Shown here one piece after another: positions 23,571 to 33,767 of a DNA stretch of 64,000 nt. Position 1 is the first letter of the stretch. Every line of letters begins with the position of its first letter. The notes under the pieces were generated by a model. That model ran no database searches, was not told the DNA's origin, and was given only the letters and a program-made list of their open reading frames with translations. Both the position numbers and the translations under genes were made by a program. Source of the stretch: a phage. The stretch lies in assembly GCA_012225525.1 (NCBI GenBank), contig GCA_012225525.1_3923.1; one strand, given 5' to 3'.

Positions 23571-25548
23571 AGGTCGTAAATTGAAAGAGGCTGGTCAGTT
23601 TATTGGTCATTGTGCATGTCCACGTTGTGGTTCATCAGATGCTGGTTCAATCTATCATCATGACGATGATTCTTATTCGATGACTTGCTTTAGTTGTAAC
23701 AAAGGTTTCCCAGAGTGGGATTTTGATAAAGGACAAATCGTGAGCACTTATTCTACTGGTTCAGACAATAAAAACCGTACTTTCCGTGGAATGGATTTAG
23801 ACGATGTAAAAGAAAACCTAGAAGCAATGGACTTGAAAGATAGGAAGATTCCTGCAAAAGTCCTTGAACGCTTAGGTATCAAGGTTGACATTGACAGTGA
23901 CGGTGAAATTGATGCGCACTTCTATCCAACTTACAAACGTAATGAAGATGGTAAGCTAGAACATGTTGGCTACCGTGTTCGTCACCGTTACCCAGAAGAC
24001 CATCCAAAAGAGCACCTACGTGGTAAGCTAAAAGACTTTTCTGGTGGTGTTGGAGACATTAAAGGTGAACTGGCAATGTTCGGCTCATGGATTGCTCCAG
24101 AAGGTGGTAACCGTCTATTCATCTGGGAAGGTGAGATGGAATGTGCGACAGCAATCTACATGACTTCTTTGGCGATTAAAGATAAGTCTCGTCGTAAGAA
24201 TTACTGTCACGTATCTGTTCCATCAGGTGCAAACATCAAGTCTATCAAAGATAACTATCAGTACATCACATCATTTGATGAGATTTACTTGTGCTTTGAT
24301 AATGATGAAGCAGGTGCTAAAGCTACCAAAGAGGCTGCTGGTATCTTACCTATTGAGAAGGTTCGTTTATTCCAGTATCCAGAGGGTGTAAAAGACCTTA
24401 ACGAATGGTGGACAAAGTTCTATAAAGAGAAAGACACAGTTCTGGAAGGATTTAAGCAGCGTATCTACAATGCGCCCCGTTACTGCCCTGCTGGTATCAA
24501 GAACTTCGCAGATGGTTTTGAGGCAATGAAGAATCGTGGTCAGATTCCATTGATTCCTTTCCCAGAATCTTTCGGAGATTTGAACAGGCTGACTTATGGT
24601 GGTTACGGTTTAGGTGAGATTACAACTATTGCAGCACCATCTTCAGTAGGTAAGTCAGCTTACACTCGTGAGATGATTTACTCAGCTTGGAAAGAAACTG
24701 ATTATAATATCGGTGTAATTCCTGTAGAAGATACCTATGAAGAGTTGATGGAGATGCTCTGTGCAATCCACCTGAGCAAGCAGATTTCTGAGATTCCTTA
24801 TGATGAACGGGATTGGGATGAATTAAAAGGAGCACACGCAGAACTGTCTAAAGGCCGTCGTATCCATATCGTTGACCATCAAGGGGCAATTGACCAAGAT
24901 AACCTGCTAGAGTTTGTTGACTATCTTGTTAACAGTTTAGACTGTAAGATTATCATTCTTGACCCTATCACGTTAGCCCTGTCACGTTCTGATACGGATG
25001 AAGAAGAAGTTTTGTCTGAGCTATTGCGTCGTTGCAAACGCTACCAGTATGCGCAGGTAAACGTATGTCACGTTCGTAAGAGTGCAGGTGGTCAGAAAGC
25101 TAACTCTGAAGGTGGAGATATCTCTGAAGAGGATATCAAAGGTTCTGGTGCGTATTTTCAGATTTCTATGAATAACATTCTGTTAATGCGTAACAAGGTT
25201 GACCCAGACCCTGTTAAGAAAAACTTGACAAAAATCAAGTTAACTAAATGCCGTCGTCACGGTAAGTCGACAGGTATTGCTGGTCATACTTGGTACAATC
25301 CAGATACAGGACGTCTCATTAAAGCCTCTGGTTGTGGAGTTGACATTGATGGCGCAGCAGAAAATATTCGCCAACAGTTTGGTATTGGTGAAGCTGAAGA
25401 CCATTACGATGACTCTTTGCCACATTATGAGGATGAAGTATTTGACCGTGAGACTGGTGAAGTCTATACTGAAGAGCAGCGTCAAAGCTCAACGATTCCA
25501 CCTGTATTAAGTGAGGATGCAGATGACTGCCCATTCGAAACTGAGTGA
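23563..25548 (+). CDS. bifunctional DNA primase-helicase (T7 gp4-like)
   Basis: N-terminal Zn ribbon CACPRCGS...CFSC; central TOPRIM-like acidic region (FDNDEAG); helicase Walker A AAPSSVGKSAYT and DnaB-like C-terminal half. Confidence 0.85.
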   Translation: MSKGRKLKEAGQFIGHCACPRCGSSDAGSIYHHDDDSYSMTCFSCNKGFPEWDFDKGQIVSTYSTGSDNKNRTFRGMDLDDVKENLEAMDLKDRKIPAKVLERLGIKVDIDSDGEIDAHFYPTYKRNEDGKLEHVGYRVRHRYPEDHPKEHLRGKLKDFSGGVGDIKGELAMFGSWIAPEGGNRLFIWEGEMECATAIYMTSLAIKDKSRRKNYCHVSVPSGANIKSIKDNYQYITSFDEIYLCFDNDEAGAKATKEAAGILPIEKVRLFQYPEGVKDLNEWWTKFYKEKDTVLEGFKQRIYNAPRYCPAGIKNFADGFEAMKNRGQIPLIPFPESFGDLNRLTYGGYGLGEITTIAAPSSVGKSAYTREMIYSAWKETDYNIGVIPVEDTYEELMEMLCAIHLSKQISEIPYDERDWDELKGAHAELSKGRRIHIVDHQGAIDQDNLLEFVDYLVNSLDCKIIILDPITLALSRSDTDEEEVLSELLRRCKRYQYAQVNVCHVRKSAGGQKANSEGGDISEEDIKGSGAYFQISMNNILLMRNKVDPDPVKKNLTKIKLTKCRRHGKSTGIAGHTWYNPDTGRLIKASGCGVDIDGAAENIRQQFGIGEAEDHYDDSLPHYEDEVFDRETGEVYTEEQRQSSTIPPVLSEDADDCPFETE

Positions 25549-25804
25549 TAGTTATAAAAGAGAGGGGTTCACACCCTTCTTTGAAGAAAAAAGTTTAAAT
25601 AAATTTCAGGAAGAGTGTTTGACAAAGATTGATAGGTTCTATAGAATGCTCTACATGAAATGTGATGGTGGCGTTGAGGTAGAAGAAAAGTTCCATCACA
25701 GTATTATCACAGTCACTATTACTATACCTGAACATAATATTGGTTGGCTGTTTATAATGAAAGAAAATGTGTTTGAATATCAAGTATATCGGAGAATATC
25801 ATGA
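25511..25804 (+). CDS. hypothetical protein
   Basis: 97 aa ORF overlapping the helicase 3' end. Confidence 0.3.
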   Translation: MRMQMTAHSKLSDSYKREGFTPFFEEKSLNKFQEECLTKIDRFYRMLYMKCDGGVEVEEKFHHSIITVTITIPEHNIGWLFIMKENVFEYQVYRRIS

Positions 25805-25950
25805 AACACTCTAAAGCATTTGAAAAAGTTTTTGGGGACTCTTTAAAAGCCACTGCTGGAAAACCAGCAAAATACTATGAAGAAAAACGTGTAAGAACTG
25901 GAAAAACTGCACGTAAAGCAGCTTCTAAAGATAAGCACAACTTCCAGTAA
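25801..25950 (+). CDS. small basic protein (below the 60-aa ORF-track cutoff)
   Basis: 49-codon ORF MKHSKAFEKVFGDSLKATAGKPAKYYEEKRVRTGKTARKAASKDKHNFQ; GGAG RBS 6 nt upstream; ATGA start/stop overlap with preceding ORF. Confidence 0.4.
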   Translation: MKHSKAFEKVFGDSLKATAGKPAKYYEEKRVRTGKTARKAASKDKHNFQ

Positions 25951-25957
25951 TTAATGT

Positions 25958-25991
25958 TTGACAATAGAGTATCAACAAATTAGAATTGGTA
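25958..25991 (+). promoter_or_regulatory. sigma70-like promoter
   Basis: TTGACA, 17-nt spacer, TAGAAT upstream of the SSB gene. Confidence 0.55.
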
Positions 25992-26022
25992 CTCTTCATA
26001 AATTGAGATAGAGGTTTAAATA

Positions 26023-26880
26023 ATGTCTAAAGTTGTTAAAATGAAAGCTCCGGTAGAGAAGTACAACGGTACTGAACGTCAAACTCTGCGTTACCTGCTG
26101 AAAGATGTCTGGTTTTATTACCTGAATACTTCACCACGTCCGGGAAAAGGTAAGTCTATTGATAAGAAATTCCCAGGAAAAGATTGTAACTACAGCGTAT
26201 CAATTCTGGCAGAAGACGGTAACAAACTGTTTAAAGAGTTTACTAAGTCTAAGAAAAATCCAGAAGGATGGGATAAAGTTACTACTGAAGCAGTTGATGC
26301 AGACGACTTCGAAGAGAAGTTTGGTTGCAAACCACCTTTTGAAGCAGACACTTACTACATCTTGAAAGTAAGTCGTGCAGCAGCTTATAAAGATGGTGCT
26401 GTATGGACAGCTAAACAGTCATTCCCTGTAATGCTGATTGAAGAAGTAAATGGTAAGCGTGTAGCTGTTAAGCAGCCGATGAAGAAAATCAAAGCTCAAG
26501 CATCTGACAAACATGAAGATGATAAGAACTATGATGTAATTCATCCAGATATTGCAGTTGGTAACGGTTCTTTTGGTAGTGTGATTCTTTCTACTCACTT
26601 CTACACTTTTGAGAACAATGTCTTGACAAAGCCTATTCAGGAACAGTTTATCATTGATACTCTTGTACCTTACACTGGTGGTAACGGTGCTAACGGTGAA
26701 CCTGAACTGGATGAAGATGAACTGGCTATGCTTGGTCTTGATGGTGTCGAAGATAACGGTGAAATCACTGAAGAAGACGCAACAGACCATAAATCTTCGA
26801 ATGATTCTGATGATGGTGACGATGAAGACTTGCCAGACCCAGATGACGAAGAAGATGAAGACTTCGATACAGAAGACTAA
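26023..26880 (+). CDS. single-stranded DNA-binding protein (T7 gp2.5-like architecture)
   Basis: 285 aa with a strongly acidic C-terminal tail (DSDDGDDEDLPDPDDEEDEDFDTED); sits between helicase and nuclease genes. Confidence 0.55.
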   Translation: MSKVVKMKAPVEKYNGTERQTLRYLLKDVWFYYLNTSPRPGKGKSIDKKFPGKDCNYSVSILAEDGNKLFKEFTKSKKNPEGWDKVTTEAVDADDFEEKFGCKPPFEADTYYILKVSRAAAYKDGAVWTAKQSFPVMLIEEVNGKRVAVKQPMKKIKAQASDKHEDDKNYDVIHPDIAVGNGSFGSVILSTHFYTFENNVLTKPIQEQFIIDTLVPYTGGNGANGEPELDEDELAMLGLDGVEDNGEITEEDATDHKSSNDSDDGDDEDLPDPDDEEDEDFDTED

Positions 26881-26898
26881 TCTCTAAAAGTTACTTTA

Positions 26899-26926
26899 AA
26901 GCCCTGTACTTAGTATGGGGCTTTTT
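26899..26926 (+). terminator. intrinsic terminator
   Basis: AAGCCC...GGGCTT hairpin followed by TTTTT. Confidence 0.5.
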
Positions 26927-26942
26927 CATATGGAGAGCCATA

Positions 26943-27983
26943 ATGGAGAAGTACACATTAACAAAGCTTCCCGATTCAGTTACACATGTCTTTATTGACT
27001 CTGACAGCATTGCCTATAAAGGTGCTTGTGTAGTTGAGAAAGCAAAGTATAAATACGTTAATAAACTCACAGCAGAAGAATCTGAACCATTTGATAATGC
27101 GAAAGATGCTGCAAGATGGTTAGCAGACCAGAGAATCCTTGTGGAAGAGCTTGGCCTGACATTTGATGAAGATGAATGGGAAAGACAGACTTGGAAAGAA
27201 GCTAAGAGTGAAAAAGAAGCTATCATGGCTACTCAACAGGTGCTTCAGGAATGGCTTAAGGTTGTTGGGAAAGAGAGAACTTGGGTAGGCTATTTAACAG
27301 AGAAAGGTGTGCATAAACATAAAGACGTTAAAGGTCTTGAGCACCAATATCAAGGCAACCGTAAAGATGCTGTCACACCAACACACTTAGTTGCTTGTCG
27401 TGAATACCTTCTGTCAAGACCAGAGTTTAAGCTCTTAAAGGGGGGCTTCGAAGCCGATTCAATCGTAATCGCTAAAGCTGAAAAGATGGGTAAGAAAGCT
27501 GCTCTTATGAGTATTGACAAAGACCTTCGACAAGCTGAAGGAACTTATTGTATTGATATGACTTATGAAAAGTCACCACTAATTTTTATTGCTGACAATA
27601 ATGTTGGTGATATCTGGGATTGCCCTATCAAATCAAAACCAAAAGCTGCAAAAACAGTTGGCGTAGGTTTTAAATTCTTGTGTTATCAGGCTGTTGCTGG
27701 AGATAATGCAGACAACTACTTCGGCCTAAAAGGTGCTGGTAAAGTAGCTGTGATGAATGCTTTAGAGGGTAAAGAGACCTACAAAGAGTGTCTTGACGCT
27801 ATCTATGAACTTTATGCTAAAAAAGATTCTTATACCTATGTGTCATGGGATGGACAGACTGTTACCAAAACACCATTAGAGTTAATGGAACAGCATTTCT
27901 GGATAGCATATCAAGAGAGAAATCCAAAAGACAATTTCTCTTTCAAGAAATATAATTGGGAGCCGTGTATGAATGAAGATTAA
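26943..27983 (+). CDS. 5'-3' exonuclease / flap endonuclease (FEN family)
   Basis: N-terminal acidic cluster VFIDSDSIAYKG; H3TH-like motif AGDNADNYFGLKGAGKVAV (FEN consensus GDxSDNIPGVxGIGxKTA). Confidence 0.65.
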   Translation: MEKYTLTKLPDSVTHVFIDSDSIAYKGACVVEKAKYKYVNKLTAEESEPFDNAKDAARWLADQRILVEELGLTFDEDEWERQTWKEAKSEKEAIMATQQVLQEWLKVVGKERTWVGYLTEKGVHKHKDVKGLEHQYQGNRKDAVTPTHLVACREYLLSRPEFKLLKGGFEADSIVIAKAEKMGKKAALMSIDKDLRQAEGTYCIDMTYEKSPLIFIADNNVGDIWDCPIKSKPKAAKTVGVGFKFLCYQAVAGDNADNYFGLKGAGKVAVMNALEGKETYKECLDAIYELYAKKDSYTYVSWDGQTVTKTPLELMEQHFWIAYQERNPKDNFSFKKYNWEPCMNED

Positions 27984-28470
27984 AGGATTTGGCAATTGCC
28001 CCACCTACGGTCATTGGGTATCTTTATGTGGGGAAGTTGACCCCACTAAACATTTTGGCTTTGTCTATTTAGTGCACTGTAAGAAGACTGGACAATATTA
28101 TATCGGAAAGAAACAGCTTAACAGTGTGACAAAAAGAAAAGTTGCTGGGAAGACTCGGAAGAAGGTAGTCACTAAGGAGAGTGATTGGATGACTTACGAG
28201 ACTTCTTCTGAGTATATTAAAAAAGATATTGAGAGCTTTGGAAAAGAATTTTTTGACTTTTACATCATTCAGACCTACTACACAAAAGGTGGCCTAGTCT
28301 ATGGTGAAGCAAACCTTCAACATAAATTCGATGTAATGACAAAAAGGATTGACTCGAAGCTCAGACTCTTCTACAATGCCAATATTGCAGCAATTAAGTT
28401 TATTACTAAAGAAACTTATGAAGATGCTGAAAAAAGAATCCATAAGGTAATGAAAGCAAATTGTGCTTGA
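27973..28470 (+). CDS. putative GIY-YIG family endonuclease
   Basis: FGFVYLVHCKKTGQYYIGKK matches GIY...YIG spacing; 165 aa. Confidence 0.45.
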   Translation: MKIKGFGNCPTYGHWVSLCGEVDPTKHFGFVYLVHCKKTGQYYIGKKQLNSVTKRKVAGKTRKKVVTKESDWMTYETSSEYIKKDIESFGKEFFDFYIIQTYYTKGGLVYGEANLQHKFDVMTKRIDSKLRLFYNANIAAIKFITKETYEDAEKRIHKVMKANCA

Positions 28471-28476
28471 TAACTA

Positions 28477-28740
28477 TTGAGAGAGAATAAAATGTTTAAC
28501 AAAAGCAAAGCTGTGAATCATGTAGCAAAAGTTGACAGTAAGATTGAAGAACTTGAGCGCATTCTTGCAAATGCTAGAGAATCAATAATTAAAGAAGTTG
28601 AAGCTGTTGAATCACAAATGCAGCACCTAATGCTTAAACGCCAAGAGCTACGTGAGCATCTAGAATATATTGAAACACGAGAGCTAAAAGTTAACAGATA
28701 TTTTAAGGAGTCCGAATGTTTAACTCAAGAGAATCAGTAA
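28477..28740 (+). CDS. hypothetical coiled-coil protein
   Basis: 87 aa ORF. Confidence 0.4.
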   Translation: MRENKMFNKSKAVNHVAKVDSKIEELERILANARESIIKEVEAVESQMQHLMLKRQELREHLEYIETRELKVNRYFKESECLTQENQ

Positions 28741-29471
28741 AAAACTGGAACCTTCGTTGTGGAAACACTCAAAAGCAACCTTACAGTAATGAGTATTGGG
28801 AATCTTTAAAATCTCAATCTCTGTGTATGCTTGAAGAAGCAAAAGAGCTTGTAAAAGCAATTGAAGAGAAAGACCCCATTGAGACATTGGATGCTCAGGC
28901 AGATTTGCAATATGTTCTTGACGGTTTGATTTACCTGTCACAACATGACCACAACGGTGCTATGGAAGCTGTTTGCCATAATAATGACCTGAAGTACACA
29001 GATGACTATGAAGAAGCTTTAAAACGTCTTGCAGACATTGAAAAGCGTACTGGTCAAGAGTGTATTATTCGAATGTCAGTGGTTGATGGTAAAGAGTGGT
29101 ATGCGATTGTCCGTGCAGCCGATGGGAAGATTATGAAGCAATCAAATCTCCCTAAAGTACAGCTTGGTGAATACATTGTAGAGCTTGAAAGCCAAGAACT
29201 TTTTGTGGTAGTATCTGAGACATGCGTTATCTGCAAAGGTATTGTAGGTAGCTTAAAGGATTTGGGTGTAGATGGTTTTGTAGAAGTTAATCCAATTACC
29301 TCTAAAGCAGATAAAGACTTCTGTAAAGAGAATGGACTATGGATTGCAGATATTGTCTACTATGATGGTGAGCAGTTCCATGTAACCTCATACCCGAAAC
29401 TGAATTATGATGCTAATAACCTGAAGTGCTGGTTAAAAGGGGTTGGTTATAATGGATTCACAGAACATTAA
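28716..29471 (+). CDS. hypothetical protein, possible MazG-like NTP pyrophosphohydrolase N-terminal domain
   Basis: EEAKELVKAIEEKDPIETLDAQADLQYVLDGL resembles the all-alpha MazG EExxE...E..D pattern; weak. Confidence 0.3.
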   Translation: MFNSRESVKNWNLRCGNTQKQPYSNEYWESLKSQSLCMLEEAKELVKAIEEKDPIETLDAQADLQYVLDGLIYLSQHDHNGAMEAVCHNNDLKYTDDYEEALKRLADIEKRTGQECIIRMSVVDGKEWYAIVRAADGKIMKQSNLPKVQLGEYIVELESQELFVVVSETCVICKGIVGSLKDLGVDGFVEVNPITSKADKDFCKENGLWIADIVYYDGEQFHVTSYPKLNYDANNLKCWLKGVGYNGFTEH

Positions 29472-29775
29472 TAAAGAGGGTGTGGCTCAGAAGAGCCACT
29501 TCTCAAACTACAATATTTCTATGACGGTGTTTATGAATGACCCGTTACTTGAGAAGTATGGTGAGACTCCAGATACACTTCTGGATAATGAACAAGTTTT
29601 AAAAGCAGTCCTGTACAAATACGGGATTGACATTGAGAAAGAGTATTCTTTTGAAATCTGCCAACACAGGAATACTTTCGGTAAAGTTGTGATGGCTCCG
29701 CTCTTTATGGGTGTAGAAAGGACTGACTATGGTTGGCTGTATCTGAAAAGAAACTTGGAGAAATACCGTGTTTAA
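29443..29775 (+). CDS. hypothetical protein
   Basis: 110 aa ORF. Confidence 0.4.
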   Translation: MVIMDSQNINKEGVAQKSHFSNYNISMTVFMNDPLLEKYGETPDTLLDNEQVLKAVLYKYGIDIEKEYSFEICQHRNTFGKVVMAPLFMGVERTDYGWLYLKRNLEKYRV

Positions 29776-30103
29776 AGCAAAAAAGCTATCTTATGATGAT
29801 ATCATTTCTGGCGCTAAATTAGGTGTTGACAGTCTCGGACAAGACGTTAAACACGGAGACACAGTGATGTACTGTGATGACCGAAGAGGAAGAAGTGCAA
29901 TCTTGTTTGGAAAAGTTGTATGTAAAATACGCGGTAATTATGTTGTTTCAGATATGGATGTCAACGTCGCACAAAAGCTCAAAACAATCATGGATAGCAA
30001 GATTTCATCATGGCTCTTAAATTGTATGCACGCATCGTCAATCACAAAGGTAAGTGATAAGTTTTACGATATGTGGCAGAATGAGCAAATTTTCAAGATT
30101 TAA
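29768..30103 (+). CDS. hypothetical protein
   Basis: 111 aa ORF. Confidence 0.4.
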   Translation: MFKAKKLSYDDIISGAKLGVDSLGQDVKHGDTVMYCDDRRGRSAILFGKVVCKIRGNYVVSDMDVNVAQKLKTIMDSKISSWLLNCMHASSITKVSDKFYDMWQNEQIFKI

Positions 30104-30107
30104 ACTA

Positions 30108-30131
30108 GGGAGCCTCTTCGGAGGCTCTTTT
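30108..30131 (+). terminator. intrinsic terminator
   Basis: GAGCCTC-ttcg-GAGGCTC hairpin with TTCG tetraloop followed by TTTTC. Confidence 0.7.
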
Positions 30132-30149
30132 CATCTGTAGGATTTAAAA

Positions 30150-32384
30150 ATGATTAAGACAATTAAAAAATCAAACGGTACAGTAGTAAGCTTTGACCCA
30201 GAAAGACTGAATAAATGGGCATCATGGGCAGATAAGCGTGGAATTATCTGGTCAGAAGTCACTATGGAAGCTATGAAACGTGTCTATGAAGGTTGCACCA
30301 CAAAAGAGATGCACCAAGCCATGATTGATGTTTGTGTTGATAAACAAACTCAAGAGTACTCAGATATGGCTGGACGACTGCTTTTGGGTATTATCTACAA
30401 AGAAGCCTTTGGAGGCTTTACTAAGGTTCCTACGCTGGTTACCTTCGTTAAAAATATGGAGAGAGCAGGACTTTGGGAGAAGATGGACTATTCTCAGGAA
30501 GAGCTTGAATACCTGCAAGGGTACATTGTGCACTCAAAAGATATCTCTTATGGTTATGCAGTCCTGAAACAGTTCAGAGACAAGTATGGTATCCGTGATA
30601 TTAAAACGGGAAGACTTTTTGAGTCACCACAATTTATGTTTATGGGTATGGCTATGAAAGCCTTTGAGAAGCAACCAAAGCACCGTAGACTACAAGATGT
30701 TATCAAGCTGTACACTTACCTATCTGACCTGAAGATTAACGCTCCTACTCCTTACCTGAATGGTTTAAGAGCCACTAAATCAGGTTATGCGTCATGCTGT
30801 TTGATTAAGGCGAATGATACCGCTGAATCTCTCGGTATTGCTGCAAAGGTTGCTTATGATATGACTACAAAGCAAGCTGGTATCGGGATGCTGATGGAGA
30901 CTCGCACTATTGGTGATGGTATCCGTCAAAATACTATTGAACACATGGGTAAGCTACCTTATTACAAGCTTGTACGTTCATCTGTAGAGGCAAACAAACA
31001 GAAGAGTCGTGGTGGTTCAGCTAACAACTTCTATACTGCTCTAGACCCGCAGATTGAAGATTTACTGCGTTTGAAGCACCCTACAACGGTTCCTTCGAAA
31101 CGTATTAACGAGATGGACTACTCATTTGGTACAAATGATTATTTCTGGCAGTGTGTTCAATATGATACAGACTGGTTGCTATTCTCTTACAAGGATGCAC
31201 CAAAACTCTATGACATGTTCTACACAGCATCTGCTGATGAGTTTGCTATGGCAGTTGGTCACGCAGTCCATTCAGGTGTTAAGCACAGACGAGTAAAGGC
31301 TCGTGAAATTGCTAAACTGTTTATCCAGCAGCGTTATGCAACAGGCCGTGTGTACCCATTCTTCACGAATAATGCAAACACACATACGCCATTTAAAGAA
31401 CCTTTGAAGATGTCAAATCTTTGTATGGAAATTGTGTTGCCAGTGTACGGCTTTGAGAAAGAGACAGACCTTTACAGAGATGATGCTGTGAAAGAGGATG
31501 GTGAGGTAGCTCTTTGCTTCCTAGCTAGTTTGGTTGCAGGGAGAATTTCAGAAGATGAATACGCTGACGTTGCTTATTATGCTCTTGCAATGGTTGACTC
31601 CGTTATTGACCTTATGGATTATCCGTATCCGTCGATGCGTAACCATGTTCAGAAGCGTCGTTCTGTTGGTATTGGCCTTACAAATGTGGCTCATTACCTT
31701 GCAAAAAACTACGTGAACTACTCTTCAAGAGCAGGTAAGACGAAGCTTCATGAGCTTGCTGAAATGCACTCTTACTACTTACACGAAGCTTCTTTAAGAC
31801 TTGCTAAAGAACGTGGTGTACCTGAGTATATGCAGTTCACTAAGTATCCTGAAGGCTGGGTTCCTCCAAAGACAGCTAACAAGAAGATTGATGAGAAGCA
31901 TGATGCAAAACTTCGTTATGATTGGGATGACTTAGCACAACGTATTAAAGAAAATGGTGGAATCCGTAACTCTGTATTAGAGGCTTACATGCCTAATGAG
32001 AGTTCTTCACTGGCAACTAATACGACAAACGGCTTGTACCCAATTCGTGACTTTATTTTAACTAAAAAGTCTGCAACTGGTAACGTACTGTTTATTGTTC
32101 CAGATTACGAAGAGTTGAAGTATGTCTATGAAATTGCTTGGGATATTGACACCTTTGACCTGATTGATTGTTATGCAATTGTTCAAAAGTTCACTGGTCA
32201 AGCTATCTCTTCAGATTTCTATGTTGACTACGCAAAAGCTAAGAAGGTATCATTGGCTCAAGCTTTGAAGTACATGATTTATGCTAACTCAGTAGGTATG
32301 AAAACTATGTACTACCTTAACAGTCGCATTGGTGTAGGTAAATCTGCACTGCAAGATGCTTATTGCGAGGGTTGTGGTGTTTAG
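30150..32384 (+). CDS. nrdA: ribonucleoside-diphosphate reductase alpha subunit (class Ia)
   Basis: 744 aa; N-terminal ATP-cone-like region (IKKSNGTVVSFDPERL), catalytic core length and C-terminal CEGCG redox cysteine pair. Confidence 0.85.
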   Translation: MIKTIKKSNGTVVSFDPERLNKWASWADKRGIIWSEVTMEAMKRVYEGCTTKEMHQAMIDVCVDKQTQEYSDMAGRLLLGIIYKEAFGGFTKVPTLVTFVKNMERAGLWEKMDYSQEELEYLQGYIVHSKDISYGYAVLKQFRDKYGIRDIKTGRLFESPQFMFMGMAMKAFEKQPKHRRLQDVIKLYTYLSDLKINAPTPYLNGLRATKSGYASCCLIKANDTAESLGIAAKVAYDMTTKQAGIGMLMETRTIGDGIRQNTIEHMGKLPYYKLVRSSVEANKQKSRGGSANNFYTALDPQIEDLLRLKHPTTVPSKRINEMDYSFGTNDYFWQCVQYDTDWLLFSYKDAPKLYDMFYTASADEFAMAVGHAVHSGVKHRRVKAREIAKLFIQQRYATGRVYPFFTNNANTHTPFKEPLKMSNLCMEIVLPVYGFEKETDLYRDDAVKEDGEVALCFLASLVAGRISEDEYADVAYYALAMVDSVIDLMDYPYPSMRNHVQKRRSVGIGLTNVAHYLAKNYVNYSSRAGKTKLHELAEMHSYYLHEASLRLAKERGVPEYMQFTKYPEGWVPPKTANKKIDEKHDAKLRYDWDDLAQRIKENGGIRNSVLEAYMPNESSSLATNTTNGLYPIRDFILTKKSATGNVLFIVPDYEELKYVYEIAWDIDTFDLIDCYAIVQKFTGQAISSDFYVDYAKAKKVSLAQALKYMIYANSVGMKTMYYLNSRIGVGKSALQDAYCEGCGV

Positions 32385-32439
32385 TTTTAATAACTATGAG
32401 GGTCGTAAAAGACCCTCTAAAATTAACTTTGGAGAGACT

Positions 32440-32697
32440 ATGAAAGACTTAATAGCAAATCACGAATGGCCCATATACTTGTTCCACAAACCTCGGAAAA
32501 CGATGTACTATGTGAGTAGCACAGACATGATGATAAAACAAAATGATGACTCATGGGTCGATGGTGTCTCTTACATCTCTACAGCAGATGGTAAAATCTA
32601 TGCAAGACCTTATGACATGTTTAACAAAGAAAATTGGGAAGTTTTAGACAGAAAACAAGCCTTAGAGATGATAAAGAAAGGAGAAATCACGCTATGA
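32440..32697 (+). CDS. hypothetical protein between nrdA and nrdB
   Basis: 85 aa from ATG at 32440 with GGAGAG RBS; follows a hairpin at 32398-32417. Confidence 0.4.
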   Translation: MKDLIANHEWPIYLFHKPRKTMYYVSSTDMMIKQNDDSWVDGVSYISTADGKIYARPYDMFNKENWEVLDRKQALEMIKKGEITL

Positions 32698-33767
32698 TTA
32701 ACCAACACCCAATCTTTTTAGGTGGTGAGAGAAAGACATTTGACTCACTTAACAAGCACTACCCAAAAATCTTTGAACTCTATAAACAACAAAAAGCACA
32801 AGACTGGTCAGAAGATGAGTTCCCTTTTGAACAATCACGTCTTGATTTTGAGAGTGTACCAGCATCAATGTCAGGTGTAATGCTTGAGATTCTTAAGTGG
32901 CAGTGGGAAGCAGATACCCAAGTTGCTAAGAGTTTAGCGTTTGCTTTTGCACCATTCATCTCTGATGACATTTATGCAACTGCAATTATGAAGCAGTCTG
33001 AGATTGAAAACCTACATGCTCTTACTTACTCGGAGATTGTAAGACAGTGTATTAAAAATCCTGAAACAATCTTAGATGAGATTAACCAGAACATTGCTGT
33101 ACAAGACCGATTAAAAACTGTGAATCGTGTTCTTGAAGAATTACTGGATGAAGGTATAAACTATCGACTGAGTTATGTCCGTGACTCACTTCTGGATAAA
33201 GACCCTTTGCACTTCCATAAAGTGATTCTGAAAGGGCTGTTTGCAGTGACTGCACTTGAAGGCATATCTTTTATGGCATCCTTTGCATGTACTTTTGCAC
33301 TTGATGCTCAAGATAAATTTCAGGGTATTGCTCAAGCTGTGCAGAAGATTATGCTTGATGAAATCCTTCACACTAAAATTGATATTGAAGTTTTAAAAGA
33401 AACTTTAAGAGATGATGAGTGGCAGAAAGCTTTTCAACAAATTCTTCCAGAGATTAAAGTAATCTTAGATGAAGTAGTTGAAAGTGAAGAGAAATGGTCG
33501 TATTATATCTTCTCCGAAGGACGTGCTGTAGTTGGCTTAAATACAAAGCTTCTTCATGAGTGGGTTTACTATAATGCTGCCCCACTGTATGATATGTTTG
33601 GAATTCCCAGAGATTTTGTAGCTCCTAAAGAACCACCTTTGAAGTACATGATTAAGAAGATGGAAATTGATAAAGAGCAGAATGCTAATCAGGAGCAACA
33701 GAACGGTGCGTACCTGTTGAATACTGTTGTAGATGATTTGAATAGTGGATTTTTAGAGGTTCCTTAA
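32694..33767 (+). CDS. nrdB: ribonucleoside-diphosphate reductase beta subunit (class Ia)
   Basis: Start chosen at ATG 32694 after AAGGAG; di-iron/tyrosyl-radical protein size (about 357 aa) adjacent to nrdA. Confidence 0.75.
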   Translation: MINQHPIFLGGERKTFDSLNKHYPKIFELYKQQKAQDWSEDEFPFEQSRLDFESVPASMSGVMLEILKWQWEADTQVAKSLAFAFAPFISDDIYATAIMKQSEIENLHALTYSEIVRQCIKNPETILDEINQNIAVQDRLKTVNRVLEELLDEGINYRLSYVRDSLLDKDPLHFHKVILKGLFAVTALEGISFMASFACTFALDAQDKFQGIAQAVQKIMLDEILHTKIDIEVLKETLRDDEWQKAFQQILPEIKVILDEVVESEEKWSYYIFSEGRAVVGLNTKLLHEWVYYNAAPLYDMFGIPRDFVAPKEPPLKYMIKKMEIDKEQNANQEQQNGAYLLNTVVDDLNSGFLEVP

